Assembly (NCBI GenBank): GCA_964016885.1
Contig: OZ024748.1
Coordinates: 28,210,001 to 28,274,000 of the forward strand
DNA length: 64,000 nt
Origin: Eledone cirrhosa
Lineage: Eukaryota
Direction of reading: 5' to 3'
Shown: in pieces, positions 12,601 to 26,395 of the stretch
How the letters are laid out: each line of letters opens with the position of its first letter
Numbering within the stretch: position 1 is the stretch's first letter
Program-made: the position numbers and the translations under genes
Notes under the pieces: generated by a model
Database searches by the model: none
Seen by the model: the letters and a program-made list of their open reading frames with translations, nothing else
Told to the model about the DNA's origin: nothing

Positions 12601-14660
12601 TGTTGTGGTAGTGGTGGTTGTGGTGGAGTTGGATGGTTGGAGTGATGTTTGTTGTGGTAGTGGTGGTTGTGGTGGAGTTGGATGGTTGGAGTGATGTTTG
12701 TTGTGGTGGAGTTGGATGGTTGGAGGGATGTTTGTTGTGGTGGTGATGGTTGTGGTGGAGTTGGATGGTTGGAGTGATGTTTGTTGTGGTGGTGATGGTT
12801 GTGGTGGAGTTGGATGGTTGGAGTGATGTTTGTTGTGGTGGTGATGGTTGTGGTGGAGTTGGATGGTTGGAGTGATGTTTGTTGTGGTGGTGATGGTTGT
12901 GGTGGAGTTGGATGGTTGGAGTGATGTTTGTTGTGGTGGAGTTGGATGGTTGGAGTGATGTTTGTTGTGGTGGAGTTGGATGGTTGGAGTGATGTTTGTT
13001 GTGGTTGTGGTAGTGGTGGAGGTGTTGGATGGTTGGAGTGATGTTTGTTGTGGTAGTGGTGGTTGTGGTGGTGTTGGATGGTTGAAGTGATGTTTGTTGT
13101 GGTGGAGGTGGAGGTGTTGGATGGTTGGAGTGATGTTTGTTGTGGTGGTGATGGTTTTGGTGGAATTGGATGGTTGGAGTGATGTTTGTTGTGGTAGTGG
13201 TGGTTGTGGTGGAGTTGGGTGGTTGGAGTGATGTTTGTTGTGGTGGTGGTGGTTGTGGTGGAGTTGGATGGTTGGAGTGATGTTTGTTGTGGTGGTGATG
13301 GTTGTGGTGGAGTTGGATGGTTGGAGTGATGTTTGTTGTGGTGGTGGTGGTTGTGGTGGAGTTGGATGGTTGGAGTGATGTTTGTTGTGGTGGTGATGGT
13401 TGTGGTGGAGTTGGATGGTTGGAGTGATGTTTGTTGTGGTGGTTGTGGTGGAGTTGGATGGTTGGAGTGATGTTTGTTCTGGTGGTGGTGGTTGTGGTGG
13501 TGTTGGATGGTTGGAGTGATGTTTGTTGGGGTAGTGGTGGTTGTGGTGGAGTTGGATGGTTGGAGTGATGTTTGTTGGGGTAGTGGTGGTTGTGGTGGAG
13601 TTGGATGGTTGGAGTGATGTTTGTTGAGGTAGTGGTGGTTGTGGTGGAGTTGGATGGTTGGAGTGATGTTTGTTGTGGTGGTGGTGGTTGTGGTGGAGTT
13701 GGATGGTTGGAGTGATGTTTGTTGTGGTAGTGGTGGTTGTGGTGGAGTTGGATGGTTGGAGTGATGTTTGTTGTGGTAGTGGTGGTTGTGGTGGAGTTGG
13801 ATGGTTGGAGTGATGTTTGTTGTGGTGGTGATGGTTGTGGTGGAGTTGGATGGTTGGAGTGATGTTTGTTGTGGTAGTGGTGGAGGTGGAGGTGTTGGAT
13901 GGTTGGAGTGATGTTTGTTGTGGTAGTGGTGGTTGTGGTGGAGTTGGATGGTTGGAGTGATGTTTGTTGTGGTGGATTTGGATGGTTGGAGTGATGTTTG
14001 TTGTGGTGGTGATGGTTGTGGTGGAGTTGGATGGTTGGAGTGGTGATGGTTGTGGTGGTGATGGTTGTGGTGGATTTGGATGGTTGGAGTGATGTTTGTT
14101 GTGGTGGTGATGGTTGTGGTGGAGTTGGATGGTTGGAGTGATGTTTGTTGTGGTGGAGTTGGATGGTTGGAGTGATGTTTGTTGTGGTGGTGATGGTTGT
14201 GGTGGAGTTGGATGGTTGGAGTGATGTTTGTTGTGGTAGTGGTGGAGGTGTTGGATGGTTGGAGTGATGTTTGTTGTGGTAGTGGTGGTTGTGGTGGTGT
14301 TGGATGGTTGGAGTGATGTTTGTTGTGGTGGAGGTGGAGGTGTTGGATGGTTGGAGTGATTTGTGGTGGTAGTGGTTGTGGTGGAGTTGGATGGTTGGAG
14401 TGATGTTTGTTGTGGTAGTGGTGGTTGTGGTGGTGTTGGATGGTTGGAGTGATGTTTGTTGTGGTAGTGGTGGAGGTGGAGGTGTTGGATGGTTGGAGTG
14501 ATTTGTGGTGGTAGTGGTGGTTGTGGTGGTGTTGGATGGTTGGAGTGATGTTTGTTGTGGTAGTGGTGGAGGTGGAGGTGTTGGATGGTTGGAGTGATGT
14601 TTGTTGTGGTAGTGGTGGAGGTGGAGGTGTTGGATGGTTGGAGTGATTTGTGGTGGTTGG
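6697..14660. repeat. ~8-kb G/T-rich minisatellite of 49-bp and 34-bp monomers (GAGTTGGATGGTTGGAGTGATGTTTGTTGTGGTG[GTGRTGGTTGTGGTG])
   Basis: Direct tandem repeats. The + strand is almost C-free, so minus-strand frames rarely meet a stop, which explains the 2700-aa and 2663-aa ORFs. Confidence 0.97.
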
Positions 14661-14883
14661 GCACAGTTTTTGTTATAAGGTGTTTTGTAACAAGGTAAAA
14701 GTGTGGGATGGCTTAAGATTATACTGAAACTGTAGAAGAATATATTGGACACATAACTCATCCTCCACCCACTCCACTAAAATACAATAATGATGATGAT
14801 GATTTGTAAGGATAGAAATATTCTCTGGAGATATCAAATGATGGTTGTGATGGTGGGTGTAATCAAAGGAATTCCCCATTGTT

Positions 14884-14940
<57 letters not shown>

Positions 14941-15139
14941 ACATACACACATACACACATACATACATACATACATATGTGTGTACGTATACACACATAC
15001 CTAGTTTATAATCTAATTATATGCATGTGCACAAACTCAAAACACAGATGTATCGGGGAGAATTGTGTGTAGTATAACGCATGAGATGAGAGCACTCAAT
15101 ACAGGTATCTGTATGTGTGTGTGTGTATATATATATATA

Positions 15140-15853
15140 TCATCATCAACGTTTAACGTCCGTGTTCCACGCTTGCATGGGTTTGGACGGGGGTAGTCCC
15201 ACTTGAGGCAAGAGTGATTGTCTTGCTCGCATAGGACTGTCTGGCAGGTTTTCTACAGTTGGATGCCCTTCCTAACACCAACCACATTTACAGTGTGGGT
15301 CTGGGAGGTTTTTACCGTGTTGCCTACACGGCCACATTACAGCGTGGACTGTGTGTTTTTTTGTCGTGACACCTACACGATCTCATTTGTTTCGGCCTGG
15401 ATGGTGTGGCACCAACATAACTTTACATAGGATGCGGGGGGGGGGGGGGGGGCTATTTTGTTAGAGATGCCTACTGGCTGTAGTAGGTTTTACTATGTAT
15501 TTAGGTAAGGCGGGTCTTCTCTGTTACTGAGTACCGCCAAAGGTCTCGGTCCAGTGACATTGTCTTGGAGAGGTGTAAGTGTGTGAGGTCGGAGTTTATC
15601 AGCTCATCCCAGGTTTTTCTAGGTCTGCCTATTCCGTGGCTACCGTCTATCTTTATTGCCCTGCACTTTGTTATACAGCTGTCGTCTTTCATGCGCATCA
15701 CGTGACCATACCAACGTAGCCTTCTCTCGAGTAAACAACATCTGATCCCTCTTATTTCTAATTTTTTCCTTAGTTCGTTTATGCTTTGCCGTTCACATAT
15801 ATTACTGTTACACATCCAGCGGAGCATGCAAGCTTCGTTCCTCTCTAGTCTGC
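15140..15853 (-). mobile_element. RTE-clade LINE 3' fragment (ORF C-terminus plus 3' UTR and (GAT)n tail)
   Basis: RLERNEACMLRWMCN…RRLRWYGHVMRM…GRPRKTW; homologous to 41520-42195. Confidence 0.9.
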
Positions 15854-16020
15854 GTATATATAAAAAAAAAAAGGCACACAGTGACCTCGACATATAATGT
15901 ATGTCAACTCAGTCTGTTACCCCCGCCATCACTCTCCACTCTTCTACCCCTCCCCTTCCCTCAACATCCAACAACCAAATTAATACATTGGAAATTATCC
16001 TTATATTATTATTATTATTG

Positions 16021-16212
16021 TTGGTTGATTGGCAGTATCGGTAGAGGGTCGAACGCCATGCTTTCTAGCAAAGTTATGGCCCTTTACGTTCTGAGTTCAA
16101 ATCCCGCCGAGGTCAACTTTGCCTTTCATCCTTACGGGGTCGATAAAATAAAGTATCAGTAATATACTGGGTAATTGCTGGCCTTGTGCCAAATGTAGAA
16201 ATAATAATTATT
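16021..16212 (+). mobile_element. Full-length tRNA-derived SINE (~190 bp)
   Basis: A-box-like TGGCAGTATCGG, B-box GAGTTCAAATCC, conserved core and (ATT)n-like tail. Confidence 0.9.
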
Positions 16213-16344
16213 ATTGTTATTAATGTTATCATTATTGTTGTTATTGATGTCATTATTGTTGTTGTTTCTTCAATATGGTATTTGTGTGTAGTGGAGTGTT
16301 TTATGTTGAAGGTAAATGCTGAAGTCATCCATGTTCATGTGTGA

Positions 16345-18205
16345 CACCACATGTCCTCACCACTACCACATTACACCACCACCATATGGCCTTACTACCA
16401 CATTACACCACCATCACATGGCCTTACTACCACATTACACCACCACCATATGGCCTTACTACCACATTACACTGCCACCACATGTCCTCACCACTACCAC
16501 ATTACACCACCACCACATGTCCTCACCACTACCACATTACACCACCACCATATGGCCTTACTACCACATTACACCACCATCACATGGCCTTACAACCACA
16601 TTACACCACCACCACATGTCCTCACCACTACCACATTACACCACCACCATATGGCCTTACTACCACATTACACCACCATCACATGGCCTTACAACCACAT
16701 TACACCACCACCACATGTCCTCACCACTACCACATTACACCACCACCATATGGCCTTACTACCACATTACACCACCACCATATGGCCTTACTACTGCCAC
16801 CACATGTCCTCACCACTACCACATTACACCACCACCACATGTCCTCACCACTACCACATTACACCACCACCACATGTCCTCACCACTACCACATTACACC
16901 ACCACCATATGGCCTTACTACCACATTACACTGCCACCACATGTCCTCACCACTACCACATTACACCACCACCACATGTCCTCACCACTACCACATTACA
17001 CCACCACCACATGTCCTCACCACTACCACATTACACCACCACCATATGGCCTTACTACCACATTACACCACCACCATATGGCCTTACTACCACATTACAC
17101 CACCACCATATGGCCTTACTACCACATTACACCACCATCACATGGCCTTACTACCACATTACACCACCACCATATGGCCTTACTACCACATTACACCACC
17201 ACCATATGGCCTTACTACCACATTACACCACCACCATATGGCCTTACTACCACATTACACCACCATCACATGGCCTTACTACCACATTACACCACCACCA
17301 TATGGCCTTACTACCACATTACACCACCACCACATGTCCTCACCACTACCACATTACACCACCACCATATGGCCTTACTACCACATTACACCACCACCAT
17401 ATGGCCTTACAACCACATTACACCACCACCACATGTCCTCACCACTACCACATTACACCACCACCATATGGCCTTACTACCACATTACACCACCACCACA
17501 TGTCCTCACCACTACCACATTACACCACCACCATATGGCCTTACAACCACATTACACCACCACCACATGTCCTCACCACTACCACATTACACCACCACCA
17601 TATGGCCTTACTACCACATTACACCACCATCACATGGCCTTACAACCACATTACACCACCACCACATGTCCTCACCACTACCACATTACACCACCACCAT
17701 ATGGCCTTACTACCACATTACACCACAACCATATGGCCTTACAACCACATTACACCACCACCACATGTCCTCACCACTACCACATTACACCACCACCATA
17801 TGGCCTTACTACCACATTACACCACCACCACATGGCCTTACAACCACATTACACCACCACCACATGTCCTCACCACTACCACATTACACCACCACCATAT
17901 GGCCTTACAACCACATTACACCACCACATGTCCTCACCATTACCACATTACACCACCACCACACGTCCTCACCACTACCACATTACACCACCATCATATG
18001 GCCTTACTACCACATTACACCACCACCACATGTCCTCACCACTACCATATGGCCTTACTACCACATTAAACCACTACCACATGTCCTCACCACTACCACA
18101 TTACACCACCACCACATGTCCTCACCACTACCACATTACACCACCACCTCCACATTACACCACCACCATATGGCCTCACTACCACACTACATCAGCACCA
18201 CATGT
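16345..18205. repeat. Two-monomer minisatellite: 35 bp (CCACATGTCCTCACCACTACCACATTACACCACCA) and 32 bp (CCATATGGCCTTACTACCACATTACACCACCA)
   Basis: Interspersed tandem monomers; all three + frames are open, so the H/T/P ORFs are artefacts. Confidence 0.95.
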
Positions 18206-18244
18206 TAGCCTTGTATTTATATTAGAAACCATTATTGTCATCCA

Positions 18245-18665
18245 ATGTATTGGCAGAATGATTATAGCAGCATCAGACAAAATAACTCACTGGATTTCTT
18301 TTGGCTTTTTACATTGAGTTCAAATCCCACCAAAATCAACTTTGCCTTTCTTCCTTCCTGTGTCAATAAAATAAAGCATTAGTTAAATACTGGGTCAATA
18401 TAATCGACTTTTTCCCACCTTCTCCACCCCACCATTTGCTGGCCTTGTGTTTAAATTAGAAAATATCATCCAGTGGATTAGCAGTCATTAGAGCAACAGA
18501 TAAAATTGCTGGTCGTATATGTTTTGGATATTTATGTTTTGTGTTCAAATCTTACTTAAAGAACAACCTTTTATCCTTCTGGAGTCAATGGAATTAACTA
18601 CCAGCTATGTATTGAGGTCATAAAATCTTAATTTCTTACTTGTGTCTGCCTCTCTTAGAAATTAT
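18245..18665 (+). mobile_element. Two old diverged SINE copies
   Basis: GAGTTCAAATCCCACC…AACTTTGCCTTTC, then a second degenerate GTGTTCAAATC copy. Confidence 0.6.
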
Positions 18666-19204
18666 TATCATTATTGGCATAACTCCAACACCGCTCTTAA
18701 CAATACCATCACACCTTTTCATATCAATTCCACCACATTTATTATCACCACCACTACCACTACATCTATCAACTTTATGCCACCACCTCCACCACCACAT
18801 TTATCAACTTTATTATTCCCATTACCACCACCATCACCTCTAACATCACAACCACTGGCATCACCACTACCATCACCACCAACATCACCAACACCATCAA
18901 CCACTATCACTATACTGTTTTCATGTTACCTTTGCTGTCTACCATTGTTCCTTCTTCCTATTTCATGTGCACCAAGTTATTCTTTCATCTATCATTGTAT
19001 ACTTTACTTTCAGGAGAGCATGAGTTGAGATCCTTGCAAGGTAGGACACTGATTCTTTCTAAATTGATTGGGGGCTGGGGTCTCAAAGGGTTGGAGGGGC
19101 ACTGCTCAAGTCAGAGGGGGAAGGGTCAATGGTTTCAAATTCTTTGTAAATACATCACATGTATTTGGTACTGATTACGAAAATACTTATTGAGCAATTT
19201 GAAA

Positions 19205-19820
19205 TGGGGTCTACTTGTCACATCTGGCCTCTGTGTGGGAGGGTACATGGGATGCTACATGTCATATCTGTCTTAGGCCAATTGCTACCAGAGGGGAGTG
19301 GATGAAGGGCTACATGCCACATCTCATTTGGACCTATTGCCACCAGCTAGAAGGAATACAGAGCTACATTTTACATCTGGTCAGGACTTAATACTGCCTG
19401 GTGGGGAAAGGGTACTATATTTCATGCCTGGCCTGCTATTACCAGCTGAGGAAAGGGGGACAGAGGATGCTACATTCCACATCTGGCCTGGACATATTAC
19501 TGCCTGGAGAGAGAGTGTATCTATCTATATTTTACATCTGGCCTGGACCTATTATCAGCTGGTGGGTGAGAGTACAAGGTACACCCTGGACAGGATGCCA
19601 GTCCATTGCTGGGTTAAACCTCCAGCTATTGCTGGTACCTATTTCCCCATTTTCATATCATGAAACTGGGTTAAGCACTGGCCTAACAAGCCTCTGGCTT
19701 AAGACAGGCTTTAGACTTAAGGTGATAGTGCTGCATTTTACATTTGGGCTGAGCCTATTATCAGCTGGCGGTGGTGGTGAGAGTACTACATTTCATTCAT
19801 ATTTGGCTTGGGCCTGTTAC
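19205..19820. repeat. Old degenerate ~50-60-bp tandem array (CTACATTTCACATCTGGCCTGGACCTATTA-like) with an embedded SINE fragment at ~19575-19720
   Basis: Motif recurs about 10 times. The embedded piece matches parts of the 26396 SINE in both orientations. Confidence 0.65.
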
Positions 19821-20408
19821 ACCAACCCTAGTAGTTCACTGGTACTTCATTTTATCAACTCTGGAAGGATGAAAGTTGACGTTGGTCCAATTTGAACTCA
19901 GAATATAAAGAGCTGGAACAAATACCACAAGGCATTTTGTCTGATGCTTTAGCGATTCTTGCAACCGATCTCCCATAAATCTCAACCCAATAGCATTAAG
20001 CAGGAAATATGAAAAGTGGTTTGTTAATTCAAATGTCTATAGTATCTTTACTTGTGAACAGATCATTGTCAAAATTTGCAGTATTACCATAAATACTTTA
20101 ATTTTTGATGTGATGAAATGATAGTGGTGTTTTTTTATTTTTCAAGTGTGCCTTGCTACTGTGGTTTCATGTGGTACAGGACATTAAATTAATAATTATG
20201 ATTAATGTGATAATCAATAATAATAACTGCCTCTATGTTTGTTTTAGTTTGATTGGTTGTTGTATTTTGTGGTGGTAGCTTGAATTAGTTTCCTCTACTA
20301 TAGCCTTATGTTGACCTATATCTTTGTGAATGAATGTGTAGAATGAATGTGCAGAAACGGTGTAGAAGTCTGTCAACTGGACTTTATTTGTAATTCTAAG
20401 GACCTCCC

Positions 20409-20482
<74 letters not shown>

Positions 20483-21787
20483 CCCCCTCCAAAACTCTTT
20501 GCTTTCTGAGTTCAAATCTTGTCTGCATTGACTTTGCCATTCATTGTCCCAGAGTTGGTTCTAGTCGTGCATTACGACCAGACCAGTGTAAATGACACAT
20601 GGAATTCATGCTCCAGCATGGCCACAGACGAATAACTGAAACCAGTAAAAGAATGAACAAGAAAAAAAAAAAAAACTGTGTATAGGTGTGTCTTTTAAAG
20701 TCTTAGGATGGAGATCGTATACCATCACAACTATACCGCCACCACCACATCACCACCATCACTACAACAACTCCACCACCACCACACTGCATCATTACCA
20801 CCAACACACCACCAACATGAATACACTACCATCACATCACCACTGCCACTACCACCACCAACACACCACACCACCACCATTTTCAGTTCCAGTCCAATCA
20901 GTCAAAGACTCTGAGAACAATAATTTTCAAATCTTTATTGGAATCATCACTGTCATTGATTTCTTCAGTTATTCCTTTCTTTCGTTCTTTCTTTCTTTCT
21001 TTCATCTTATCTCATCATTTCATCATCATCATCATTATGCATCTTTTATCTCTATCTCTCTGTTGTCTGCACACATATATATATATATATCGCTCTCTCT
21101 CTCTCTCTCTCTCTCTTTCTCCCCTCTGTTTCTCTCTATCTCTCTGTCTTCACCCTCTGGCACAATTAGCCAAGCTATGCTTTATTTTCATTGAATCAGT
21201 TTTAAGAAAAAAAATAAAAAAATGACAGAATGTGTGTGTGTGTGTGTGTGTGTGTTGAAAGAGATAGTTAGTGTGTGTAGGAAAGGGAGGAAGTATATAT
21301 GAGAGAGTGCTAGTTTATGAGATGGAGGGAGTGTGTGGCCAAGAAAGAGAGAGAGAAGGGGAGATAATTTGTGTGTGTGTGTGTTAGAAACAGTGATAGG
21401 AGGATAGTGTGAGTAGGAGAGGAGGAAGTATGTATGCGAGAAAGAGCTAGTGTATGAGAGGAGGGGGAGTGTGTAGTAGAGATAGAGATGAAGAGGAAGA
21501 AGTTGATACTGAGAGGAGTATTAGAGAAATGAGAGGACAGTTCTTGTGTTCTTTAAACAGCAACTGCACTATCTTCTCTCTCTCTCACCTTGTAATTACA
21601 AACACAGCATTATATGGTGGTGGCCATGGAAGGGATGGATGGAACAAGGTAACTGCACTGGGTCTATCTATTTCTTTCAACTTGTAATTACAAATACTAC
21701 TTTAGCTGGTGGTCGTCGTGGTGGGGAGGGATGGGACACAGTTGGTAATTATGATGACAATGAACATATGAAAGGTGTGTGTGTGTG

Positions 21788-22347
21788 TGGTATGGACATG
21801 TGATGCGTATGAAGGATGACAGCTGCATAAAAAAGTGCAGATTCGCTCAGTCGATGGGAGCCATGGAATAGGGAAACCCAGGAAAACTTATGATGAGGTG
21901 ATAAATACTGACCTTGCTCCCAATTGCACCTCTCAAAGGTACAACATCTCTGGTGTTATGCAATAATACAGAAGACCCGACATCCCACGGTTACAGGCTG
22001 AAGCTGAAGCATATATACAGTGTGCACCATGCCACCCCACCATCCCATACACCTCTCATGAAGATAGGCCGAAGTATACATCCAGTGAAGTCCCCAACCC
22101 ATACTGTAAAGTAGTTGAGCCCAGCCTACTCTGTAAAGTGGTTGTGTACGTGTCATGACACAAAGCACCCAGCTCTCACTGTAAATGAGGTTGGTGTTAG
22201 GAAGGACATCCAGCTGTAGAAACCAAGCCAAAACCAGTTCTGTATGAGCAAAATATGGTCGCCTGACCTGGCATTGCTCGCAACAGGACAACTCGTTTAA
22301 CCCATGCTAGCAAGGAAAATTGGACGTAAACCGGTGATAATGATGAT
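21788..22347 (+). mobile_element. RTE LINE 3' fragment with 3' UTR
   Basis: WYGHVMRMKDDSCIKKC…GKPRKTYD, then the GGTTGGTGTTAGGAAGGACATCCAGCTGTAGAAA…CCCATGCTAGC…GATGAT tail. Confidence 0.8.
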
Positions 22348-22502
22348 TGTATATATATATATATATATTGTCATCATCATCATTTATACACACACAATGT
22401 GTGTGTGTGTGCACATTTTTGAAGTTTTAATATCTACGTGTATAAGAGGGAAAAAACATTAAATGATGATGATGGTGTGTGTTTAGTTAAGCTTTGTATA
22501 TC

Positions 22503-22540
<38 letters not shown>

Positions 22541-22697
22541 AATATAATTTCAGCGAGATCATATTTCGGCGGTGGGCAAAAAGAAAGCGAAACACAATCT
22601 TTGAGATATGCGGCAAGCGCTCAATGGACTAAAAGAAGACCAGAGCAATTAACATACGTTATAGAGGCCAGACAAAATGCAAATGATTCCAGCATAT

Positions 22698-22905
22698 TTA
22701 ACACTTTAGTATTTAAACCAACCATATCTGGCCAGAATTCTCTCACCTCTTTCTGTTCAAACTGACCGTAACTGACCACTCATACCGACATTAAGGTATT
22801 GTTCTCAAAATAAATATCAAAATAGATTTGATATTATTTGAAGTAAAGCCTTTTCTGTGAAAACACGATAGTAAATATAGAGTGATGTGAATGCTAATGG
22901 GTTAA
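22698..22905 (+). mobile_element. piggyBac-type TTAA MITE
   Basis: TTAA-CACTTTAG…TAATGGG-TTAA; same family as 5902. Confidence 0.8.
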
Positions 22906-23015
22906 ACAAGATTTTTTCACAGTTGTAAAAATACTGTGAAGAAAGGCTTCAACCAGCTAATTTGTGGCTTGCAGACACAAGTTTTAATTTGCTGCTTTAA
23001 TAATCTTTCCAGAAA

Positions 23016-23970
23016 ATGGAAGTCACAGAAGAGGACATAAGACACATCGTGCTTTACAAGTTCAAAAAGGCAACTGTGCTACGTATACTGTAAAATGTGC
23101 AAAAAGTGTATGGTGAAGATGTTTTGAATGTTCATAAGTTTCAACAAGGGTACTTTGACTTGGATGATAGCCATTACTCTGGGTGCCGTCTCTTTTGATA
23201 ATATGCTAAAAGCTGCTATTGTATAAAAAAAAGGAACTATGCAACTGTTAAAGAATTAGCAGAAGTGGTTAATTTAGTGTCATCAACTATCCAACACCAT
23301 TTATAGGAACTTGGAATGGTGTCAAAGGTTGGCAAATAGATTTTACATGAACTGAGTGAAAACTGTCTTGTAACTGATGGAAAGTGGATACTCTATAAGA
23401 ATGACAGCAGTGGGTTCAATCAGGATAACAAGCAAAATCTTCCTCCTCAGAAAGTTTTGTGATGTATTTGGTGAGATATGACAGTGGTAATACACACTGA
23501 ACCCTCACCTTGCAACATAATCAGACAATCACAGCTCAAGTGTACTCTGAATAACCCTATGGACTGAATAGAACATTGAGAGAAAGGAGGTACTCTCTAG
23601 TCAATCAATCATGACAATGCTCGGCCTCATAGTGCATAGATTACATGTTCCACAATTGAAGAGTATTTCCTTGAAAAAAGCTTCCACATCCCCCATATTC
23701 TCCTGACCTTGCTTCATCAGATTTACATTTATTCCAATATTTGCAGCATTTTATTAATGGAAAACAGTGCAATTCCTTAGAACTTGAAATGGACCTACGT
23801 GGCTTTTTCTCCCACAAACTGTCTGATTTCTATAGAAATGGCATAAGAAACCTTTTACAGGGGAGGAAGAATGTTATTGAATATAAACTTTATTAAATTA
23901 GTAACTTGTGTTTTTTTATCTCTTTAAAACCTAAAATAAAAAAAATATTACTTATGAGATAACCTGATGT
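23016..23970 (+). pseudogene. Decayed mariner transposase with probable 3' TIR
   Basis: MEVTEEDIRHIVLYKFKK at 23016, VTDGKWILY (~23370), HDNARPH (~23610), PHPPYSPDLASSDLHL (~23685); many stops and frameshifts; TIR-like TTACTTATGAGATAACCTGA near 23950. Confidence 0.9.
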
Positions 23971-25145
23971 ATATCAATGGATGTATTTTGTATGTAATTA
24001 GACATAATAACAATCAAACATTGAGTGAGCACTCAATACATATGTGTATAATATAGTATAGATCCTATTTTACAAGGAAAAATGGTCGATGTGATTGACC
24101 ACTAGCAAAACTTTGAAGTCACTCACTATTAATGTTTTCCTTGTAAAGTAAAATAATATATACCATATCATATCTACAACGTGACAAAGCTATATCTTGG
24201 TTAGTAATTAGTAAAAAACAGCAACAACAATAGGAATGGCATAAGAAACTTTTTTCAGGGTAGGAAGAACGGAAATGTAGTTTTCCCAATGCAAATGACC
24301 ACAGTAATAGTCAATCTCCTTAAATAATAGTTGAGAAAAACCATCTAAAGTACTAAAAACCATCTGGAGTACTTTACCTAATTTTCTCAATTATTTATAG
24401 TGATCAACTATTATTATAGTCAATTGTGATGGGAAGACTACATCTCAAATTGCATTTATATAATGTCTTTATTTATCTGTGCGTATGTATGTATTGTTAT
24501 ATTTTGGGGGCCTCTTTTTTTTTTATTTTTCACTCTCCATATATGTAATGTTTGGAAAATGGGGATCCTATACAACTACTACACCACTACACTGCCACCA
24601 TATACATATATACACCACTATGTGCGTGTTTGTATATATGTGTGTGTGTGTGGTGCACCAATGTGTATGCAGCTACATATGTTGATGCAACTTCTCTTTA
24701 ATCTACTGCATTCCTGCTGCAATCATTATTCAATCAATACTCATTTCATTCCCTGATTACAGGTGTTAGCAGTGAGCCCTACCAACCTACATCCCTAACT
24801 GTCCACCTGCCACTATCTATATATGCACCTTCATGAATTATGTAGGTGGGTTGTGGTGGTGGTTGTAGCAATGGTGATAACAGTGGTGGTATTGTGGTGG
24901 TTGTAGCAATGGTTGTGGTGGTTGTGATAGTTGTACTAGTGGTGATAGTAACTCTGGTGATGGTGTTCCTTTCATCTGTTTCTGTTCATTAGGGAATTTG
25001 GTTGACCACTGCCCCATTTCACTCACCACCTCACCTTCTTTTTCTTCTTTTCATCCTTTTCCTCTTTTTCTTCTACTTACCTTCATATATCTTTCATCTT
25101 AATTATCATGATGATGATGATCATTATCATTATTATAATCTCATA

Positions 25146-25435
25146 GGCGGTGGACTGGCAGTATCGGTAGAAGGTTGGACGCCATGCTTTACAGCAAAGA
25201 GTTGCGGCCCTTTACGGTCTGAGTTCAAATCCCACCGAGTTTAACTTTGCCTTTCATCCTTATGGGGTCGATAAAATAAAGTACCAGTAATACACTAGGA
25301 TGTGCCAAAAGTACCATCCTCTATACGAGCGAGACACGGTCACCTGACCCAGTCTTGCCTCAAGTGGGACAAACCCGTCTAACCCATGCTAGCGTGGAAG
25401 ATAGACGTTAAATGATGATGATGATGATGATGATG
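25146..25435 (+). mobile_element. tRNA-SINE followed by an RTE-type 3' tail
   Basis: SINE at 25146-25313, then CAAGTGGGAC…CCCATGCTAGCGTGGAAGATAGACGTTAAAT(GAT)n. Confidence 0.85.
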
Positions 25436-25571
25436 ATATACACCCTGTGTACTACTGCTGCTAGCAGCAATTACAGATGAAGGATTCCGACATCTTTTAT
25501 TACTGCTGTATTAAACTCACTGAATGGATATTACATTCTTCATAATCTCTCTCTATATATATATTATACAC

Positions 25572-25683
<112 letters not shown>

Positions 25684-26395
25684 ATCACCTGTTCTTGTTC
25701 TCTCTCTCTTCCTCTCTTTGATATAAGGAAACAGCAATTTCAAAAATCAACTCAGAAGTTAACCACAGGGATATGTTGAATATGTTACTGTTATTGTTGG
25801 TGTGGTAGTGGTGGGGACTTTGGTAATTGTATTATTATTATTATTATTATTAGTGGTGGTGGTGGTGGTGGTGGTGGTGATGGTAGTGATAGTTGGGCAA
25901 CAGTTGTGCTGGCTTTGGTAATTGTAGTAGTAGCAGTGGTGGTAGTGGTGGTTGTCATCATGGTTGGGATGGTGGAAGTATTGGAAAATTAAGATTCTCT
26001 GTGATTCCATTACTGGAATGATGCCTTTGCCAACTCAGTCTCTACAGTCTCTGTTAGTGAGACATGGAGTTGTTTCTGGGTCAAAGAGTAAGTGAGACAT
26101 TAGTAGAGGGTACAGAGAAGGTGTACAGATTTTAAAGTTTGGGGTAGCTTTCTTTAGTCAGAATGGATGGTGGATGGTTTCTACTGAAATATTTCAACTG
26201 TCATTTATTATTCTTTGATGAATGGCTCTGCTATTGTGGTAGTTCTTGCTATTGTTTAGCCCCAGGTAAGCCTTGATTGAGAACAATCTCTCCATGACCA
26301 TCTACCTCTTTACATGTATCTAAGACTGTATAAACACCTTTGTGTGTGTATTAGTGTATGACTGCATTTCTATATTTCTATGTGTGTGTTTTGTG

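Noticed and set aside
6659-14761. 2700-aa and 2663-aa mucin-like or His-rich ORFs
   Set aside because: Monomers of 49 and 34 bp are not multiples of 3, several frames are open and give the same cyclic peptide; stops are absent because of base composition.
16316-18317. 570-660-aa His/Thr/Pro ORFs
   Set aside because: All three frames are open across a 35/32-bp minisatellite.
24200-24440. Possible Penelope RT or host exon on the minus strand
   Set aside because: Similarity is too weak to support by eye; needs BLASTX/HMMER.
26255-26275. Second CAG|GTAAG recursive site
   Set aside because: Weak pyrimidine tract, and the context resembles a dispersed repeat.
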